Shown here: positions 18,759 to 26,835 of the stretch, piece by piece
Numbering within the stretch: position 1 is the stretch's first letter
How the letters are laid out: the number at the start of each line of letters is the position of its first letter
Source of the DNA: a virus
Lineage: Duplodnaviria; Caudoviricetes
Virus record (IMG/VR): IMGVR_UViG_3300046820_000403
Span: 1-55,042 of that record
Reading direction: 5' to 3' (one strand)
DNA: 55,042 bases
Position numbers and translations under genes: made by a program
Notes under the pieces: model-generated
Told to the model about the DNA's origin: nothing
Seen by the model: the letters and a program-made list of their open reading frames with translations, nothing else
The model's database searches: none

Positions 18759-19775
18759 ATGAGGGAATTAAAGTTTATCTGCGTTCAGCCAGATGATGCA
18801 TACTATACATGGCAAGTCCATGCGTGGTTGGAATCATTGAGGAATCATGGAAAATCAGACAAAGCTATTGTATTGGTGTTCACGCCAAACTTTAGAGAGA
18901 GGAACGAGAACTGGAAACAGGTGGTGAACCTCTATCCAGAAGCAACATTTGCTTTCATTCGTGATGAGCACAATATCTCTAGTCAACTAGGTCTATACAT
19001 TTCTATCCTTAGACCTTACACACTTGCAAGGTATTGGGAACAACATCCAGAACTTAAAGATTGTGCAATCTTCTATTGTGATTGTGACATCTTGTTCACA
19101 GACAGCTTTAATATTGATGCGTATATTGATGATGACATAAACTATTTGTCAGATACCAATAGCTACATCAACGCTTCATATTTCGATAGTAAAACAGAAC
19201 AAGTTCTTCCTCATAAGTTGGAAGACTTTAAACAGATAGATGTCTTACAAGAGATAACATCTCGTGTAGGAATCAGTAGAGAGATAGCTGAGAAGTATAA
19301 CATGCACTCTGGCGGTGCACAATATCTCTTAAAGAACATCGATCTATCCTTCTGGGAGAAGATGGTGGGAGATACTCTGACGATTAGAAAGTACTTACTT
19401 GATATAAACAGAAAATACTTCCAAAATGAAAGTTCAGGATATCAAAGCTGGTGTGCCGACATGTGGGGCTTATTGTGGGGTTTATGGGCTAAGGGTGCGG
19501 AAACGAAAGTTATTCCTGAAATGGAGTTCTCTTGGGCTACAGATCCTATTGACAAGGTGCAACGACTAGGTATCTATCATAACGCTGGAGTGACTAGTGA
19601 AACATTGAATGGTTTCCGTGCATTCTATAAAGGTAAGTATCACGAAGGTGCTGATCCATTTAAGGATCCTACACTACAACTAATACTAGATGATGAGATT
19701 AGTAAGACTAAGGGCACCTATTACTATTTAACACAACTACTAAAAGTTAAAAACAAGTATAATTTAAACTATTAA
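18759..19775 (+). CDS. GT-A glycosyltransferase resembling peptidyl O-glycosyltransferases HPAT/SERGT (GT95/GT96-like)
   Basis: YYTWQV, LRPY, FYCDCDILF (DxD), GGAQYLL, WCADMWG, IYHNAG. Confidence 0.6.
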   Translation: MRELKFICVQPDDAYYTWQVHAWLESLRNHGKSDKAIVLVFTPNFRERNENWKQVVNLYPEATFAFIRDEHNISSQLGLYISILRPYTLARYWEQHPELKDCAIFYCDCDILFTDSFNIDAYIDDDINYLSDTNSYINASYFDSKTEQVLPHKLEDFKQIDVLQEITSRVGISREIAEKYNMHSGGAQYLLKNIDLSFWEKMVGDTLTIRKYLLDINRKYFQNESSGYQSWCADMWGLLWGLWAKGAETKVIPEMEFSWATDPIDKVQRLGIYHNAGVTSETLNGFRAFYKGKYHEGADPFKDPTLQLILDDEISKTKGTYYYLTQLLKVKNKYNLNY

Positions 19776-19780
19776 TAAAC

Positions 19781-20203
19781 ATGGCTAATCAGAGAAATCT
19801 TAAAGCATTTGTCCGCTTCGATGGAAGTGGAAGGATTGTCGCAGGCAGTCTTATTCTGAGAAAGAACAAGCCCAAAGTAGGTAGATGGCAAGAGATTCCA
19901 GCATACGAATGCTGTAATGACGTTCCTACAGTGTTGACAGACACTATCCCAGGAGAGTTTCCTTTAACTTATATTTCTGTTAGGATACTCTGTGATGAAT
20001 CTAATTCAGAAACAGTATATACAAGTGAAGATGCTGCTACAATGGAAGAGTTAATTGCCCTTCTAAACAGTAACACAGAGCTTAGGGCATTTGGAACATA
20101 TGTTGCACTTAATGAAACTACTGTGCAACTAACTGTACCTTTATCAGTAAAGAACGCATTGTGTCCTAACGGAGTATTATCATTTAACATTTTTGAAGAC
20201 TAA
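19781..20203 (+). CDS. Hypothetical protein with an LKAFVRFDG N-terminal domain
   Basis: Shares its first ~45 aa with the next gene. Confidence 0.75.
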   Translation: MANQRNLKAFVRFDGSGRIVAGSLILRKNKPKVGRWQEIPAYECCNDVPTVLTDTIPGEFPLTYISVRILCDESNSETVYTSEDAATMEELIALLNSNTELRAFGTYVALNETTVQLTVPLSVKNALCPNGVLSFNIFED

Positions 20204-20205
20204 TC

Positions 20206-20451
20206 ATGGGACAGCAACTAAATACAAAACTTAAAGCATTCGTTCGTTTTGATGGAACAGGACGTGTAATACCTGGTAGCTTAATCTTACAGAGATTTAA
20301 GCCTAAGGTAGGTAATTGGCAAGAGATCAATGCTACAGAATGTTGCAGTGATATTACTACCACTACAACAACAACAACAGCTCCTGCAACTACGACTACT
20401 ACAACTACTGCAACACCTGTTACTACCACAACTACTACAACTATAGTATAA
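20206..20451 (+). CDS. LKAFVRFDG-domain protein with a mucin-like poly-Thr tail
   Basis: Paralogous N-terminus, then TTTTTTTTAPATTTTTTTATPVTTTTTTT. Confidence 0.75.
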   Translation: MGQQLNTKLKAFVRFDGTGRVIPGSLILQRFKPKVGNWQEINATECCSDITTTTTTTTAPATTTTTTTATPVTTTTTTTIV

Positions 20452-20870
20452 TGGCCAAGTCATTGTTTCCACAAGAAATGCTAAGCTCTGCTTCAGGAGA
20501 ACTATCTCCTGATAGCATTGCTACAAAGCTCACATACTTTGAGCTTCAGCTACATAATTTGCATTGGGCTACACGCTCTTATGCAGAACACATGGCTCTT
20601 GGTGGATTGTATGATGCTGTGTTCGATCTTAAAGATGAAATCATTGAGAAGATCATGGGATATACAGGCACTAGAGCAAAGATTGGTAACCCAGGACAGT
20701 TGAAAGAATACTCTCCAGGAGTATCCACAGGAGTTGTATCTGAATTAATGACATTCGCAAAGCAATTAGAAAACTATGGAGCTGGTAATAACATGCCAGA
20801 CATAGAAAACATTGCTCAAGGATTGTCAGGAACTGCAGCTAAGACTAAATACTTATTAACCTTGTCATAA
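20451..20870 (+). CDS. Ferritin/Dps-like protein (DUF5856-like)
   Basis: LHNLHWATRSYAEHMALGGLYD...DEIIE...KTKYLLTLS. Confidence 0.75.
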   Translation: MAKSLFPQEMLSSASGELSPDSIATKLTYFELQLHNLHWATRSYAEHMALGGLYDAVFDLKDEIIEKIMGYTGTRAKIGNPGQLKEYSPGVSTGVVSELMTFAKQLENYGAGNNMPDIENIAQGLSGTAAKTKYLLTLS

Positions 20871-21155
20871 ATGCAGGTAGAGAAGAAGTTCTTCCCCAAG
20901 ATAATGAGGTATAACGATGAGTTGTACTTCGCACATCTTGAAGGAGTTGTAGAATCTGTTGACGAGCTCTGTAGTATGGAGATAACCAACCGTCAGAGTT
21001 CCTTCTCATTCAGAATCGCTCCTTCTCTACCTAAATATACAAACCTGTTAATAGAAGAACTGTTTAAGTTTCACAACAGGTTTGGAATCAAGCTTGATAT
21101 GTCAAAGAGTATTAAAACAAATGCAGTTATTTCCTTTGATATTAAACTTGAATAA
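20871..21155 (+). CDS. Hypothetical protein
   Basis: Abuts the upstream stop; 94 aa. Confidence 0.7.
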   Translation: MQVEKKFFPKIMRYNDELYFAHLEGVVESVDELCSMEITNRQSSFSFRIAPSLPKYTNLLIEELFKFHNRFGIKLDMSKSIKTNAVISFDIKLE

Positions 21156-21165
21156 CATAAATTTG
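21135..21165 (+). promoter_or_regulatory. Consensus Bacteroidota sigmaA promoter
   Basis: TTTG (21135-21138) - 19 nt - TAAATTTG (21158-21165). Confidence 0.65.
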
Positions 21166-21185
21166 AACAAACCAATAACAAATAC

Positions 21186-21446
21186 ATGATGGAAATAGTA
21201 AAAGATGAAGAAACAAGTGCAACAGTTGCACCCACTTTCGATCCAAGTAAGAAGTACAAGTGGACTCCTGAGACTACATTCACTATGAATGGTCAACAAT
21301 TTGCAATCGTACTAAACTCTATAAGAGGAATCTTAAGTACAGATCTTGCACAAAGCTTATTTGCATCTCAAGGTGCTGCTGACGCTTTAGAAAACTTGTT
21401 GAAGAGTGCAGTAGAGGATGGTCGTGCTATTGAGATGGAAGACTAA
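21186..21446 (+). CDS. Hypothetical protein
   Basis: 86-aa ORF downstream of the promoter. Confidence 0.7.
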   Translation: MMEIVKDEETSATVAPTFDPSKKYKWTPETTFTMNGQQFAIVLNSIRGILSTDLAQSLFASQGAADALENLLKSAVEDGRAIEMED

Positions 21447-21454
21447 CAACATTA

Positions 21455-21650
21455 CTTCTCCTGCATCTCGTAAGATCTGCACGCTTAGGCTGGGGCTCTT
21501 GGTGTACAACAATCCCCTTAAAGAAGAAACCCCACCATAGTCTCTGTATTATGGTCCCAGTGCCCCTCTATACTATGCTATAGTAGCAGCACTTTAAAAA
21601 GTAACAGTACCTATGTTGCATCCCGTAAGATCTGCTCATAGGTCTTTTTA
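21455..21650. ncRNA. Candidate structured non-coding RNA bounded by two copies of TGCATCYCGTAAGATCTGC
   Basis: Non-coding ~200 nt; 19-nt repeat at 21462-21480 and 21617-21635; several further stems. Confidence 0.45.
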
Positions 21651-21654
21651 GACT

Positions 21655-21852
21655 ATGATCTACGAACCTACCAATCGATTAGAAGTCACTACTCCTAAAG
21701 GAGATGGCGTTGTTTGGTTGGTTATAGATTATGGTTACGAAACAGACACAATTTACACCATTATAATTAATGCCACTGGGGAGCTCTGGCAATTTACTCA
21801 TAAGGACATTATCGTTAAACCTAATATTACATTTAGGAGAAACGGTAAATAA
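21655..21852 (+). CDS. Conserved small phage protein
   Basis: VTTPKGDGVVWLVIDYGYE...TGELWQF...NITFRR. Confidence 0.7.
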   Translation: MIYEPTNRLEVTTPKGDGVVWLVIDYGYETDTIYTIIINATGELWQFTHKDIIVKPNITFRRNGK

Positions 21853-21864
21853 ACGATAAAGAAT

Positions 21865-22044
21865 ATGTCTTGGAAAAATCATGATGATGGAAGCCTTATA
21901 ACAAATGAGCAACATCAAGCCTTATCTGACCATGATAAAGCAAAGTTTTATGAAACTTCAGAAGAAGTAATTGTAGCATCTCCTAAAAAACAAAAGAATG
22001 GCAAAGCAGTGGATTCAGAAAGCGACAGCATCGATCAAGCGTAG
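21865..22044 (+). CDS. 59-aa hypothetical protein
   Basis: MSWKNHDDGSLITNEQHQALSDHDKAKFYE...; overlaps the next ORF. Confidence 0.5.
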   Translation: MSWKNHDDGSLITNEQHQALSDHDKAKFYETSEEVIVASPKKQKNGKAVDSESDSIDQA

Positions 22045-22153
22045 AGGTACAGAAGGTAAATGTACACCAATCACTAAGCCTGGATGCACAGGAAGAGCTA
22101 AGGCCCTTGCTAAGACATTCAAGAAGATGGCTGCTAAACGTAAGAAGAAATAA
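21998..22153 (+). CDS. 51-aa basic microprotein
   Basis: MAKQWIQKATASIKRRGTEGKCTPITKPGCTGRAKALAKTFKKMAAKRKKK. Confidence 0.75.
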   Translation: MAKQWIQKATASIKRRGTEGKCTPITKPGCTGRAKALAKTFKKMAAKRKKK

Positions 22154-22308
22154 TGGCAATCACACCTGTACCTAACGGACATCTTATTAAGAAGGATGGA
22201 ACATCATTAAAGAATGGTGGTAAGATAAGCTGCTGGAAAGGCTATGTTAAGAAGGGCACAAAGAAAAAGGGTGGTAGAACAGTTAATAACTGTGTAAAGA
22301 AGAAGTAA
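22153..22308 (+). CDS. 51-aa basic microprotein with a CWKGY...NCV motif
   Basis: MAITPVPNG...SCWKGYVKKGTKKKGGRTVNNCVKKK; TAATG coupling. Confidence 0.75.
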   Translation: MAITPVPNGHLIKKDGTSLKNGGKISCWKGYVKKGTKKKGGRTVNNCVKKK

Positions 22309-22421
22309 TGAAGAAGGATGCATTCAGTAAGGTAAAGAAGTCCATGAAGGCTCCTAAGCAGAAGTTCTGGATGGACAAGGTAAAGAAAGATTTATCTAAG
22401 GTTCAACCTAAAAAGAAATAA
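22308..22421 (+). CDS. 37-aa basic microprotein
   Basis: MKKDAFSKVKKSMKAPKQKFWMDKVKKDLSKVQPKKK; coupled on both sides. Confidence 0.65.
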   Translation: MKKDAFSKVKKSMKAPKQKFWMDKVKKDLSKVQPKKK

Positions 22422-22846
22422 TGAATATTAAAGAATTTGATATGGGAAAGTATATCTTACTAGTAGGTAAGGATGCTACTGACATATTCAAATACTATAA
22501 GGTTAAAGAAATGCATGGGCTTAATCTTAAAGATGCCCAAGCAGAAGAGGTTGATAAGACAAAGGGTAATGGAGTGTACATCTATGGATTAACAAACTAC
22601 GATCCTGCAGATAAGAAACTTACAGCCAAAGACCCTTATAAGCCCTTCTTGTTCTTAAACATGGGGACGTTTAAAAGATACAGTGCTGATGAACAAAAGA
22701 CAGCTATTATGCATGAAACAATGCACGTAGCTCTTCTCTTGTACAAATGGGATGCTGAGAAGAAAGCAGAAGAGATAGTAACTATGGCTGAGGATGAGGC
22801 CAATAAGATTATTAGAAAACTTAAAGGAATTAAACTTATAAAATAA
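22421..22846 (+). CDS. Putative zincin-like metallopeptidase
   Basis: AIMHETMHVAL (HExxH) with a downstream AEE. Confidence 0.6.
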   Translation: MNIKEFDMGKYILLVGKDATDIFKYYKVKEMHGLNLKDAQAEEVDKTKGNGVYIYGLTNYDPADKKLTAKDPYKPFLFLNMGTFKRYSADEQKTAIMHETMHVALLLYKWDAEKKAEEIVTMAEDEANKIIRKLKGIKLIK

Positions 22847-23100
22847 TGGCAAAGTCTCCAGCATGGCAACGTAAAGAAGGCAAGAGCGCTTCTGGTGGCC
22901 TCAACGCAAAAGGTAGGGCATCCTACAATAGAGCTAACCCAGGTAAGCCTGGTCTTAAAGCTCCACAACCTGAAGGCGGTCCTCGCAAGAAATCATTCTG
23001 TGCTAGGATGTCAGGTATGAAAAAGAAACTTACTAGCTCTAAGACAGCTAACGATCCTAATTCTCGTATCAATAAATCTCTACGTAAGTGGAAGTGCTAA
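22846..23100 (+). CDS. DUF6321-like basic protein
   Basis: AWQRKEGK...GGLNAKGRASYN...RKKSFCARMSGMK...SRINKSLRKWKC. Confidence 0.8.
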   Translation: MAKSPAWQRKEGKSASGGLNAKGRASYNRANPGKPGLKAPQPEGGPRKKSFCARMSGMKKKLTSSKTANDPNSRINKSLRKWKC

Positions 23101-23111
23101 ACTAATATACT

Positions 23112-23267
23112 ATGGCAAAGCAAATGATTAAACGTGCTGATGGTTCAACATCACAACGCGGATTGTGGGATAACATCCGTGCTAATAAAGGTTCAGGTAA
23201 GAAGCCTACAGCTGAGATGTTAAAACAAGAAAGAAAAATTAAAGCTAACACTAAAAAGAAGAAATAA
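23112..23267 (+). CDS. 51-aa basic microprotein
   Basis: MAKQMIKRADGSTSQRGLWDNIRANKGSGKKPTAEMLKQERKIKANTKKKK. Confidence 0.75.
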   Translation: MAKQMIKRADGSTSQRGLWDNIRANKGSGKKPTAEMLKQERKIKANTKKKK

Positions 23268-23713
23268 TGGGCAAAGATAAAGTAGCTGCAGGAGTAAAAG
23301 GCAAGTCTCCTAAAGCAGGGATGGTAGATCCTAAAGGTGCTTGGACAAAAGTTCAAGAGCGTACACTTGCTAAGAATGGTATGATGATGAAGCCTAAAGG
23401 TAAAGGATTACCTCCAGCAGGTAAGCAACGTCCTGTAGACTTTGAACCTAAGTCTAAGTTTCCTGTTACAAAAGGTGGTGGAGATAACTACGATGAGACT
23501 ATGAAGCGTGAGAAAGAACTTAAGGCAAAAGGTATGATGAAGATGGGTGGTAAGATGAAGAAAGCAAAAGACGGTACAGCATTTGGTATGTTGTCAGTTA
23601 AAGCTGGTATTGATAAGAACCCTAACCCTACAGCTGCTGATCGTATTGCAGGTGCTAAAAAGATGGCTAAGTCTGGCGCATCTATGAAGAAGTGTCGTTA
23701 TGGCTGCAAGTAA
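23267..23713 (+). CDS. Lys/Gly/Met-rich basic protein
   Basis: 148 aa, low complexity, TAATG-coupled. Confidence 0.75.
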   Translation: MGKDKVAAGVKGKSPKAGMVDPKGAWTKVQERTLAKNGMMMKPKGKGLPPAGKQRPVDFEPKSKFPVTKGGGDNYDETMKREKELKAKGMMKMGGKMKKAKDGTAFGMLSVKAGIDKNPNPTAADRIAGAKKMAKSGASMKKCRYGCK

Positions 23714-23714
23714 T

Positions 23715-23870
23715 ATGACTGCTGGCAAAGCTAAGAAATCTGGCAAGCCACGCAACGCACCTAAGGTAAATAACCCTAATCCTAAAGGAAACTTTATGAG
23801 AGAGGCTGACGTACCGTCAAGGCTCAAGAGCCCTATGTGGCCCATGAAACAAAAAAGATTAAGTAAATAA
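23715..23870 (+). CDS. 51-aa basic microprotein
   Basis: MTAGKAKKSGKPRNAPKVNNPNPKGNFMREADVPSRLKSPMWPMKQKRLSK. Confidence 0.7.
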   Translation: MTAGKAKKSGKPRNAPKVNNPNPKGNFMREADVPSRLKSPMWPMKQKRLSK

Positions 23871-23906
23871 TTTCGTTTCGATTTTTGTGATTCATTCCAA
23901 AGATGT

Positions 23907-23935
23907 AAAAAAGGCTCCTCATGGGAGCCCTTTTT
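23907..23935. terminator. Bidirectional intrinsic terminator where the two arms converge
   Basis: AAAAAA-GGCTCC-TCATG-GGAGCC-C-TTTTT. Confidence 0.8.
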
Positions 23936-23937
23936 CT

Positions 23938-24726
23938 TTATTTGAAATAACGTTCTTTATACCACTGATTAATCTTATCAGGATTGTCTTCTATCCACTT
24001 ATAGTATGGTGCATAGAAGTCATGTAACTCTTTATCACTTATACCATACAGAGGGCGTTTAGCATAGTCTCCTGAGGCAAGCTTGTGATTCTCAAAGTTG
24101 TCTGGATTATTGATGTCTCCACTTTGCTTATGCCCTGCTAATTCAGAAGGATCGCTCCAGTTGAAGCAGTACGATGGTAGGTAGTTAAGATTGTTCTCAT
24201 CTAGTTGACCCTCATCTCTAAGCTTATCGTACCAGCTTAACCCTTCATATCCTGTGATGTCACTACGAAATCCAATCTCACGGATTCTATTCATGTTAAC
24301 AATCACAGAAGCCTCTAGTGTGTTGTTAACTAATTGTATACCTGCAGCGTTAGCAAAGAAACTACAGTGAGGTTTCCATGCGTCTGTACCTCTAGTGAGA
24401 ACACCTTCTACTGCTTGTTGGATGTGCCATGGAAGATAAACGTCATCATCGTCTGCAAGCATGAAATAATCTCCTGTAGCATGGGTAACAGCGTCTCTGC
24501 AGATTTGTCCTCGGTTTGCATATGGCTCTCCTGTTTGGTAGTCTAGATGGTTATTAACAAGAATGATTGATGGATCGTCTTCTCCTAAGGTATAAGGAAA
24601 ATCTTCATCTGTATTAAAGATGATGAGCTCTTTATTAGGATATGTTTGTGCATGGTATTGCGCTACAATCCTTTGTACACAATAGAATCTTCTAAATGAT
24701 GTACAAACAAAGCTTACTTTGTTCAT
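23938..24726 (-). CDS. Glycosyltransferase family 2
   Basis: VSFVCTSFRR, AQTYPNKELIIFN, ATGDYFMLADDDDVYLPWHI. Confidence 0.85.
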   Translation of the reverse strand: MNKVSFVCTSFRRFYCVQRIVAQYHAQTYPNKELIIFNTDEDFPYTLGEDDPSIILVNNHLDYQTGEPYANRGQICRDAVTHATGDYFMLADDDDVYLPWHIQQAVEGVLTRGTDAWKPHCSFFANAAGIQLVNNTLEASVIVNMNRIREIGFRSDITGYEGLSWYDKLRDEGQLDENNLNYLPSYCFNWSDPSELAGHKQSGDINNPDNFENHKLASGDYAKRPLYGISDKELHDFYAPYYKWIEDNPDKINQWYKERYFK

Positions 24727-25373
24727 TTGATGTGTTGGTTATAAGCGTTTCTATAAATTTGTTCTGAGTTGCTCTTTATCCATAAGTCAGAAGGATACTT
24801 ATCATCATCTTGCCACACTAATAATTCTTTAGCAATAAAGAACTTTTTAGTAGTTACATCATGATTTAGGTAGATGATGTCTATAAGGTGTCTATCATTA
24901 GGAAATCCTAGTATCTCATTGTAAAAGCTATGATGTACAGCATACGCATGTGCACCATACACTCCATTAGTCTTACAGATGTTATGCGTAACTGCAGGAC
25001 ATTCACTAGCAGGTTCTCCACCAAAGAAAAACATGTGCCAGTCTAATGTCTGTAACTCATTGACACAGGCTTGTGCTTTTATTACAAAGTCTGGATCGAA
25101 GATTGCATCATCCTCAAAGATTAGCACTGACTCCCAGCCGTTATCTCTAGCCATCTCTACACATTTCTGATGAGATGCTGTACAACTAACTTTCTTATGC
25201 CATTCTGGATCTTCAGGATTCTTATACACCTCATCAGGAGAGAATGAGAATGCGCTAAAACGAGGAATAGATAGACCAGCCGCTTGAGACTTAGCCTCAA
25301 ATGACTCACGCCTATCTATTCTTCTGTCTAGATTAATATAATACGCACCATCAAAATATCCTAGATGCTTCAT
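24723..25373 (-). CDS. Glycosyltransferase family 25
   Basis: YYINLDRRIDRR, SCTASH, LIFEDDA, AHAYAV. Confidence 0.85.
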   Translation of the reverse strand: MKHLGYFDGAYYINLDRRIDRRESFEAKSQAAGLSIPRFSAFSFSPDEVYKNPEDPEWHKKVSCTASHQKCVEMARDNGWESVLIFEDDAIFDPDFVIKAQACVNELQTLDWHMFFFGGEPASECPAVTHNICKTNGVYGAHAYAVHHSFYNEILGFPNDRHLIDIIYLNHDVTTKKFFIAKELLVWQDDDKYPSDLWIKSNSEQIYRNAYNQHIK

Positions 25374-25927
25374 CGTTGCAGTAACACTTGACTGTCTATG
25401 TAGTAGACCACCTTAAACCCTGCGCTGATTAGATATGGGATAGACTTTTCACCTTTACCAGCCCAATGATCATTGAACACATCATCGATTAGTATGAACG
25501 CTTTGTCGTTTAGTTTATTCCAAGAAGCAAACACTTCGTTCAATGAATGATCATGACACGCTCTAATGTTCTCCTCATCCCCACAATAGTCAAAGCTATC
25601 TAAGAACAATAGATCTATCTTACCAGGAAAGTTTGCTAAGTAGTGTACAGAATCATCCTGTGTATATTCAACATACTCACTAGGTGGTACAATCTTTTTT
25701 GACTGATTTAGATGGTTCTCATCGATGTCTACAACATATACCTTTGAGCCAGTTTTCTTGGCGTAGTATTCCCAGTTAAGAGTACTCCATCCATCACCAA
25801 ACTTGCTCTCTTCTGTTACGTTACGAATACACCCCGTCTCTACAATAGTGATGGGATGATTGTACGTTTGCTCAAGAATCTCTAAGACCTTTACAAACGA
25901 TCCGTTTCTACCTGTTTCTGGTTTCAT
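25370..25927 (-). CDS. Class I SAM-dependent methyltransferase
   Basis: IVETGC, VDID, DSVHYL, IDLLFLDSFD, ILIDD; start at the coupled ATG 25927. Confidence 0.8.
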   Translation of the reverse strand: MKPETGRNGSFVKVLEILEQTYNHPITIVETGCIRNVTEESKFGDGWSTLNWEYYAKKTGSKVYVVDIDENHLNQSKKIVPPSEYVEYTQDDSVHYLANFPGKIDLLFLDSFDYCGDEENIRACHDHSLNEVFASWNKLNDKAFILIDDVFNDHWAGKGEKSIPYLISAGFKVVYYIDSQVLLQR

Positions 25928-26217
25928 TACCAAATAAGGATTACGTCAAATGGAGATACTAGTATCTTCTCTTTCCCACCAATAACATACTTTACTGATT
26001 TGCCTTGTAGTGCTCCCATGTCTACTAAAACCTCATCTCCTACATTGATATCTGTAATAGTATCACCTATAGCATACACTGTAAGTCTATAAAATTTTGA
26101 TACTTGTTCTTGTTTAAGAGCTTCTTTTGTCTCATCATCTAAATAAAGATTAGGCTCCTCTAGATTAGGATGATCTAGTAATATTCTATTGCCACGTAAT
26201 TTTTTAAAATCTGTCAT
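25927..26217 (-). CDS. groES: GroES-like co-chaperonin
   Basis: LRGNRILL, VYAIGDTITDINVGDEVL, ILVSPFDVIL. Confidence 0.65.
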   Translation of the reverse strand: MTDFKKLRGNRILLDHPNLEEPNLYLDDETKEALKQEQVSKFYRLTVYAIGDTITDINVGDEVLVDMGALQGKSVKYVIGGKEKILVSPFDVILIW

Positions 26218-26600
26218 TGGTTTATTTGGTTTAATAATTGAATACGTCTTCTATTAACTTCTTCATACCTATACATGTCTGCTTCGACATTAGTATGTTC
26301 ATCCAAAGTTAATAAAATAATATTACATTTATCGTATGCCAATTCAGGATATTTATTTTTTGGTAGTATGTGATGGAAGTATGTGCTCATAGCTTCCTTA
26401 CCTAGATAGGTACCACTCACCTCACTCTCATGCTTACGTTCGTTCCATATTTGTTTAAAGAATACGTGCATAGGATTAGGTTCCGTACGTGCAGGCGTAA
26501 TAGATTTAGATAATGGTTTTTTGGGGATGTGATTACTACACACCCCCTTAGACCATACACGGTTGTTACAACCTTCTACACTACACGTCTTCACGATCAA
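26214..26600 (-). CDS. HNH-like nuclease with an N-terminal Cys/His zinc finger
   Basis: CSVEGCNNRVWSKGVCSNH; FHHILPK...NIILLTLDEH. Confidence 0.65.
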   Translation of the reverse strand: MIVKTCSVEGCNNRVWSKGVCSNHIPKKPLSKSITPARTEPNPMHVFFKQIWNERKHESEVSGTYLGKEAMSTYFHHILPKNKYPELAYDKCNIILLTLDEHTNVEADMYRYEEVNRRRIQLLNQINQ

Positions 26601-26835
26601 TCTCTCGTTGAATGTACCAGATAGCTTTCTTCAGATCTTGTTTCCTAGCACCTTTCTTGTCAGCTCTAAGGATGTACTTGATAGCATTACCTAGAGAGAA
26701 TCCTAAGTCATAGTTCTCAATGATATCTATAACTTCCATACCACCATTACCCTGATAATGATCAGGATGATTGACCATCTCTTTCAACTTACTACCTTGT
26801 AGTCTGTGCTCAATTTCCTGTTGATCCATGTCCAT
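26581..26835 (-). CDS. DUF3310 protein (T7 gp1.7-like nucleotide kinase family)
   Basis: VNHPDHY...EVIDII...GNAIKYILRADKKG...DLKKAIWY. Confidence 0.85.
   Translation of the reverse strand: MDMDQQEIEHRLQGSKLKEMVNHPDHYQGNGGMEVIDIIENYDLGFSLGNAIKYILRADKKGARKQDLKKAIWYIQREIDREDV

Noticed and set aside
21455-21500. Pistol-ribozyme resemblance on the minus strand (GCCUAAGCG-stem-GG)
   Set aside because: No upstream UUAGGC pseudoknot partner, and GGA is present instead of the GGU cleavage context
21447-21654. tRNA or CRISPR mini-array
   Set aside because: No cloverleaf or T-loop; only two 19-nt repeats separated by 136 nt; no cas genes
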